From sequence record ON528727: 64,000 bases of DNA; one strand, 5' to 3'. Source of the stretch: Shigella phage ESh17. This document shows, piece by piece, positions 59,460-64,000 of this stretch. The notes beneath the pieces are model-generated. The model was given only the letters and a program-made list of their open reading frames with translations, searched no databases and was not told the origin of the DNA. A program made the translations under genes and the position numbers. Every line of letters begins with the position of its first letter. Within the stretch, counting starts at the first letter, position 1.

Positions 59460-59641
59460 ATAATTTTGAGTTACAATACGAAGTGTTACGTGAGCTTGAT
59501 AATTTAATTGAACTCGCTGTTAATAAAGGTTTTGCCATTGGAATCGGTCAAAAAGATACTGGTCATTTAACTATGGAAATATTTAAGCAAAAGCGAATTA
59601 TTTTAAAACTCCTGGAAATTAATATATATGAGTCTGAGTAA
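59456..59641 (+). CDS. Hypothetical small protein
   Basis: 61 aa ORF, ATGA overlap. Confidence 0.5.
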   Translation: MNNFELQYEVLRELDNLIELAVNKGFAIGIGQKDTGHLTMEIFKQKRIILKLLEINIYESE

Positions 59642-59813
59642 AGAACAAAAAGATAAATTGTTTGAGCTTATCCATGAACTTCTAGATGAGCATATAGAAG
59701 CAAACACTTTTTATGATGAATACGGCCCGCTATCTCCAGAACAGCAGGAAGAATTTGCTGATCGGTTTGATAAGAAAGAAAACGAATTAATAGCTTATGT
59801 GAATACGCTTTAA
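59628..59813 (+). CDS. Hypothetical small acidic protein
   Basis: 61 aa ORF. Confidence 0.5.
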   Translation: MSLSKEQKDKLFELIHELLDEHIEANTFYDEYGPLSPEQQEEFADRFDKKENELIAYVNTL

Positions 59814-59822
59814 GAAGGTGAT

Positions 59823-60404
59823 ATGGCGAGTTTAATTTTTACTTATGCAGCAATGAATGCTGGAAAATCTGCTTCTCTTTTGACTGCTGCACATAATTAT
59901 AAAGAACGTGGAATGAGTGTATTAGTTCTTAAGCCTGCTATTGATACTCGCGATTCTGTCTGCGAAGTCGTTTCTCGCATTGGAATTAAACAGGAAGCGA
60001 ATATTATTACAGATGATATGGATATTTTTGAGTTCTATAAATGGGCTGAAGCACAAAAAGATATTCATTGCGTATTTGTAGATGAAGCTCAGTTTTTAAA
60101 AACTGAACAGGTGCATCAATTAAGTCGAATTGTTGATACATATAATGTTCCTGTTATGGCTTATGGATTAAGGACTGATTTCGCTGGAAAATTATTTGAA
60201 GGTTCTAAAGAACTTTTAGCGATTGCAGATAAACTTATTGAACTAAAGGCAGTTTGTCATTGCGGCAAAAAAGCGATCATGACAGCTCGATTAATGGAAG
60301 ATGGAACACCAGTTAAAGAAGGTAATCAAATCTGTATTGGTGATGAAATTTATGTTTCTTTGTGTAGAAAACATTGGAATGAATTAACTAAAAAGCTCGG
60401 TTAG
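59823..60404 (+). CDS. tk: Thymidine kinase
   Basis: 193 aa; P-loop AAMNAGKS; C-terminal CHCG...C...C zinc ribbon. Confidence 0.9.
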   Translation: MASLIFTYAAMNAGKSASLLTAAHNYKERGMSVLVLKPAIDTRDSVCEVVSRIGIKQEANIITDDMDIFEFYKWAEAQKDIHCVFVDEAQFLKTEQVHQLSRIVDTYNVPVMAYGLRTDFAGKLFEGSKELLAIADKLIELKAVCHCGKKAIMTARLMEDGTPVKEGNQICIGDEIYVSLCRKHWNELTKKLG

Positions 60405-60446
60405 TGCAAAAGTTATAAATAGGTTTATCTAACTAAAGGGGTATAT

Positions 60447-60659
60447 ATGCTACAATTAACTGAAAAGCAACTTCGCAATCTTACTGTGCTTCAATTAGAT
60501 GAAATTCGTAGGGAAGTTGGAAATATCATTTCAGCTTTGCGTCGAGAAGTATCACTCAACCAATCTCCGGCAGACTATACTAGATTGCGAAATTTTGAAA
60601 AATACCTTGATAAAGTTAAGGCCGTGCATCGGCATAAAGTAAATACAGGACAAAAATGA
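60447..60659 (+). CDS. Hypothetical small protein between tk and rI
   Basis: 70 aa ORF. Confidence 0.55.
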
Positions 60660-60671
60660 TAGGAGGCCTTT

Positions 60672-60965
60672 ATGGCCTTAAAAGCAACGGCACTATTTGC
60701 CATGCTAGGATTGTCATTTGCTTTATCTCCATCGATTGAAGCGAATGTCGATCCTCATTTTGATAAATTTATGGAATCTGGTATTAGACATGTTTATATG
60801 CTTTTTGAAAATAAAAGCGTAGAATCATCTGGACAGTTCTATAGTTTTATGAGAACGACCTATAAAAATGACCCGTGCTCTTCTGATTTTGAATGTATAG
60901 AACGAGGCGCGGAGATGGCACAATCATACGCTAGAATTATGAACATTAAATTGGAGACTGAATGA
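60672..60965 (+). CDS. rI: Lysis inhibition regulator RI (periplasmic antiholin)
   Basis: 97 aa; MALKATALFAMLGLSFALSPSIEANVDPHFDKFMESGIRHVYMLFENK... near-identical to T4 RI. Confidence 0.92.
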   Translation: MALKATALFAMLGLSFALSPSIEANVDPHFDKFMESGIRHVYMLFENKSVESSGQFYSFMRTTYKNDPCSSDFECIERGAEMAQSYARIMNIKLETE

Positions 60966-61348
60966 AATTCAGCGACTTTTCACAAAGTGGAAAACCTTCA
61001 AAGGCAGATGAATACTTAGGTTTATTAATGGCTGCACAAGCTTATTTTCATTCTGCACATTTTGAAACTAAAAGTTATGCTAGACACAAAGCATACGATT
61101 TTATTTTCTCCGAGTTGCCAGATTTGATTGATAAATTTGGTGAGCAATATTTGGGGTATTCTGGTAGAAAATACACGCCTTCAATTCCAGATGCCAGTAA
61201 ACTTCCTACCGACACAATTAAAATGATTGATCGCATACTAGACCAATCTAACAGCATTTACAAAGAAATGCCTCCAGCCATTCAAAGCACGATAGATGAT
61301 ATTACTGGAATGTTTTACCAGAGTAAATATCTTCTTTCCCTCGAATAA
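60962..61348 (+). CDS. Hypothetical protein downstream of rI
   Basis: 128 aa ORF, overlaps rI stop; terminator follows. Confidence 0.6.
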
Positions 61349-61352
61349 CGTT

Positions 61353-61376
61353 AGTCTCCTTCGGGAGACTTTTTTC
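61353..61376 (+). terminator. Rho-independent terminator after rI operon
   Basis: AGTCTCCTTCGGGAGACT hairpin + TTTTTT. Confidence 0.7.
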
Positions 61377-61385
61377 ATTTTACCG

Positions 61386-61415
61386 GTTTACTTTCCGTTT
61401 GAGCTGTGATACTAT
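61386..61415 (+). promoter_or_regulatory. T4-type early promoter
   Basis: GTTTAC 61386-61391, TGaTACTAT -10 61410-61415; follows terminator 61353-61376. Confidence 0.6.
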
Positions 61416-61443
61416 ACAACTATCGGATAAAGAGGAGAACATC

Positions 61444-61632
61444 ATGAAAATTGAAGCACTCAATCAAGAAGGAAATATCTACGTCATCATTAATGGTGAT
61501 TTTTTCGTCGACATGGATGAAGTTACTAGTGAAGAACTTGTAGAACTTCTTAAGAAACGTTATAATATGTGTGATGAAGTTGCAACTCACATGGCGTGTG
61601 CAATATTCTCTCTGTCATATGTGGTGGAATAA
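61444..61632 (+). CDS. Hypothetical small protein
   Basis: ATG 61444 after GAGGAG (track 61399 starts inside promoter); 62 aa. Confidence 0.5.
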
Positions 61633-61835
61633 TGATTAGTATAGAGCAAGCAGATAAAATCAAGGAATTAGTGGCTTCAATTCGTAAAGCAGATGAAGAG
61701 CTGATTGACTTTGCTTGGTATTCATCGGGTATTTCGAATAAAGGCATTAAAGACTTTGAAACTAAAGTGGATAATGCTTTAGAAGCGTTAGATATGTTTC
61801 TTGATGAAATTATCGATCATAATACGAGAGTTTAA
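61632..61835 (+). CDS. Small helical protein, paralogue family member
   Basis: 67 aa from ATG 61632 (track 61596). Confidence 0.5.
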   Translation: MISIEQADKIKELVASIRKADEELIDFAWYSSGISNKGIKDFETKVDNALEALDMFLDEIIDHNTRV

Positions 61836-61837
61836 GT

Positions 61838-62032
61838 ATGCTAACACGTGAACAGTTTGAAAAAATCATTAAATTAGCACGTGATATTGAAATAGATTCA
61901 TACCAATTAGCAGTTGAGCATTGTGAAGGATATTCATACGACGGTATAGAAGCAGCTAAAAGAGATTTGGATAAATCCAAAGCTAAGTTAGTTCAATATC
62001 TTGAAATGATTAGGTGGAATAATGAAAACTGA
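61838..62032 (+). CDS. Small helical protein, paralogue family member
   Basis: 64 aa ORF. Confidence 0.55.
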   Translation: MLTREQFEKIIKLARDIEIDSYQLAVEHCEGYSYDGIEAAKRDLDKSKAKLVQYLEMIRWNNEN

Positions 62033-62195
62033 AAAGCAGATGTTTTTAATGAAGCTAATTGAAGAATATGCTAATGCAGTTTCTGACTATGAGTATTCTG
62101 CTCGGGAAAGAGGTACGGCTTTCGCAAAGGAAGAAATGAAAATCATGGTTGATGCTCACACAAAGCTTCAGAATTTTATTGAAAACGTCATTTAA
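62022..62195 (+). CDS. Small helical protein, paralogue family member
   Basis: 57 aa ORF not in track (<60 aa): MKTEKQMFLMKLIEEYANAV... Confidence 0.45.
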   Translation: MKTEKQMFLMKLIEEYANAVSDYEYSARERGTAFAKEEMKIMVDAHTKLQNFIENVI

Positions 62196-62197
62196 TG

Positions 62198-62227
62198 GTT
62201 TACAAGTTGGCAAGGTTATGGTATAGT
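62198..62227 (+). promoter_or_regulatory. T4-type early promoter
   Basis: GTTTAC 62198-62203, TGgTATAGT -10 62222-62227. Confidence 0.55.
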
Positions 62228-62359
62228 AATCTTGTCAACTTCCAAGGAGAAGAGAATGAAAGTTTTGTTTGTTGTGTATGTGATGATTCAATATAATTAC
62301 CCAATGTTTACTTATAATCTGGTGAACAATATTATTGATATGATTCAGAGGAGTATGTA

Positions 62360-62545
62360 ATGACAAGTGAGCAGGCTTTTAAATTAAGAGAATTAATTGA
62401 GACGTATAGTAAAGCTGTTCATACATCAACAATTATTGATGAATCAGCTTTCTCCGGACATGCCAACAAGATTAAATACAAAACTCTTATGGAAGAAGCT
62501 AAAGTAAATCTTGATTCTTATATTGAAACTTTAATTGGTAAATAA
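62360..62545 (+). CDS. Small helical protein, paralogue family member
   Basis: 61 aa: MTSEQAFKLRELIETYSKAV... Confidence 0.55.
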   Translation: MTSEQAFKLRELIETYSKAVHTSTIIDESAFSGHANKIKYKTLMEEAKVNLDSYIETLIGK

Positions 62546-62546
62546 T

Positions 62547-63089
62547 ATGAAAGCTGTAATTGAAACAACTGATTTGTTCGGTGACCTAGTTATCGAAAAA
62601 CGCGGTAATGTATACGTTCTGACGCAGGAAGACGATAGTATTACTATTCTTCCTATGGAACTGGCTGCGATTTTATCTTATGCTCCCTCAGGAGTTACCG
62701 GTGTAACTAATATTACAGACGACCTCCAAGTTCGTTTTTATCGTGGCCTTTACGGCGGTAATATTGAAACTGAATTTATGTGTCTTTCTATCAACAATTG
62801 GGCAACATTCGTTGCCAAGGTGAAAGAATTCTTGGAATCTGAAACAGTCGAAACACCCGAAAAGGCTAAACTTCAATGGGCTAAAGATCGCGGTGCTAGC
62901 ATTATTAATCCAGTAGCTGCAAATTATACTACGACTTTGGATGTCAAGACTTCTTATGAAGATGGCGATGTCGTACTTGTTCGCCAAATTGATGATTCTC
63001 GAGCACATATTGTCACATTTACCAAAGACGAAGCTATTGCACTAAAGACTTATCTTGATTCTGTTATTCCAACTATGATTTCAAAGTGA
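62547..63089 (+). CDS. Hypothetical protein, tandem paralogue A
   Basis: ATG 62547 (track 62535); 180 aa; C-terminus ALKTYLDSVIPTMISK. Confidence 0.55.
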   Translation: MKAVIETTDLFGDLVIEKRGNVYVLTQEDDSITILPMELAAILSYAPSGVTGVTNITDDLQVRFYRGLYGGNIETEFMCLSINNWATFVAKVKEFLESETVETPEKAKLQWAKDRGASIINPVAANYTTTLDVKTSYEDGDVVLVRQIDDSRAHIVTFTKDEAIALKTYLDSVIPTMISK

Positions 63090-63095
63090 GGAAAT

Positions 63096-63617
63096 ATGTT
63101 TATTTCAAGTGGAAGTGGTTTAATTCGTGTTGAATTTAAAAATGACATCTTTCTTATTCAAGGAGATGATATTATTAAAATGAGTTATGACGAAATCAAG
63201 AAAATTTGTCATGCTCTTGAAAGTCATGGAAAAGTGAACGCTGTTATTGATATTGGCGATTTATGGGTGACACTTTATGAAGTATCCGAAGGATTTAACA
63301 TTGAAGATGAAAATAACATTTTAGCTATTGATAAAAGAAGTGATTTGTTTGATGTATTAAAAGTTTATGAACAGTCAAATGGCGGAAGAAAAGCTGTATT
63401 GATTTATCAAAAACCGCATTCATGTGGAACTGCTTCAATCATTTCAAATATTGAAGATGAAACTGATACTTATATGTGTGTTTTAAAAGCTGGTGGTGAC
63501 CGTCATCCGGATTTTATTTCTATTCGTCAAAACAATGGAGAAATTTCATTATCAAAATCAGAAGCTGAGGCTATGATTAAGTATTTAACAACTGTTACAC
63601 CTTCAATGAAAGGATAA
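63096..63617 (+). CDS. Hypothetical protein, tandem paralogue B
   Basis: 173 aa; C-terminus AMIKYLTTVTPSMKG. Confidence 0.55.
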   Translation: MFISSGSGLIRVEFKNDIFLIQGDDIIKMSYDEIKKICHALESHGKVNAVIDIGDLWVTLYEVSEGFNIEDENNILAIDKRSDLFDVLKVYEQSNGGRKAVLIYQKPHSCGTASIISNIEDETDTYMCVLKAGGDRHPDFISIRQNNGEISLSKSEAEAMIKYLTTVTPSMKG

Positions 63618-63619
63618 TT

Positions 63620-64000
63620 ATGATTATTAATGAAAACTCTTGGCACTTTAAAATTTACTCGGCATTTAACAGCACATGGAATCGTCCAAAAACGTTATGT
63701 GCTTATTTTTGGAAAACGTTTCTCCCGGTATTAGCTGTTTCAATTGTTGGATTTGCAACTTTAGCAGGTGCCGCAATCATTGGCCAAGAAATTTTAATTA
63801 AATTCTTTGTCTTTAGTAGTCTATGGACATTAGTTCCGGCTTCAATTGGTATAGGTATTTTAACAATATCAATAATGGTTCTTATTGCAGTCGCGGCGGT
63901 AATTGGTCCTTCCTGGTTGTTAGACAAATATAACGACCGAAAGCTCAATAAAGAAATTGAACTCATTATACAAAACGAAGAACGAATCAAAAATGGACTT
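63620..64000 (+). CDS. Partial CDS, membrane protein (continues beyond window end)
   Basis: ATG 63620, open to window end; hydrophobic TM stretches; not in track; antisense ORF 63703..63990 rejected. Confidence 0.45.
   Translation, partial: MIINENSWHFKIYSAFNSTWNRPKTLCAYFWKTFLPVLAVSIVGFATLAGAAIIGQEILIKFFVFSSLWTLVPASIGIGILTISIMVLIAVAAVIGPSWLLDKYNDRKLNKEIELIIQNEERIKNGL

Noticed and set aside
59278-59463. 61-aa ORF in an alternative frame
   Set aside because: Overlaps the Cys-rich ORF 59253..59459 on the same strand; the latter has ATGA translational coupling and a coherent Cys pattern.
63703-63990. 95-aa minus-strand ORF
   Set aside because: Antisense to a better plus-strand membrane-protein ORF starting at 63620 that follows the local gene orientation and has an RBS.

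Overview
This window reads as a contiguous segment of a T4-like myovirus (T-even relative), not a bacterial chromosome. Identification rests on ORF lengths, order and recognisable protein sequences from the six-frame track (T4 lysozyme, fibritin foldon, terminase Walker A, rI, tk, regB); no database search was run. Layout: (1) 1-42100, the late morphogenesis block, mostly on the minus strand (baseplate hub 29/28/27/51/26/25, uvsY-uvsW, segE, inh, hoc, rnlB, capsid 24/23/22/21/68/67/20, tail 19/18, terminase 17/16, neck 15/14/13, wac, 12, baseplate 11 to 5, 53); (2) 42100-45500 on the plus strand, genes 4, 2, 3, 1, 57A, 57B; (3) 45500-64000, an early/accessory region with an ip1-like variable locus, an 11-tRNA cluster, a structured RNA locus, lysozyme e, nudE, regB, tk, rI and many small ORFans driven by repeated GTTTAC-type early promoters. 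I found no CRISPR array, integrase or transposase. The most interesting material is in the accessory islands: capsid-targeted internal proteins, an ORFan island with duplicated modules, a host-like GrcA segment, a P-loop protein beside a GC-rich island, and several tandem paralogue families. Gene symbols follow T4 by synteny and size; symbols for small ORFs are left blank where I am unsure. Hand-derived coordinates (tRNAs, promoters, hairpins, adjusted starts) may be off by 1-2 nt; one internal check against the ORF track disagreed by 1 nt.
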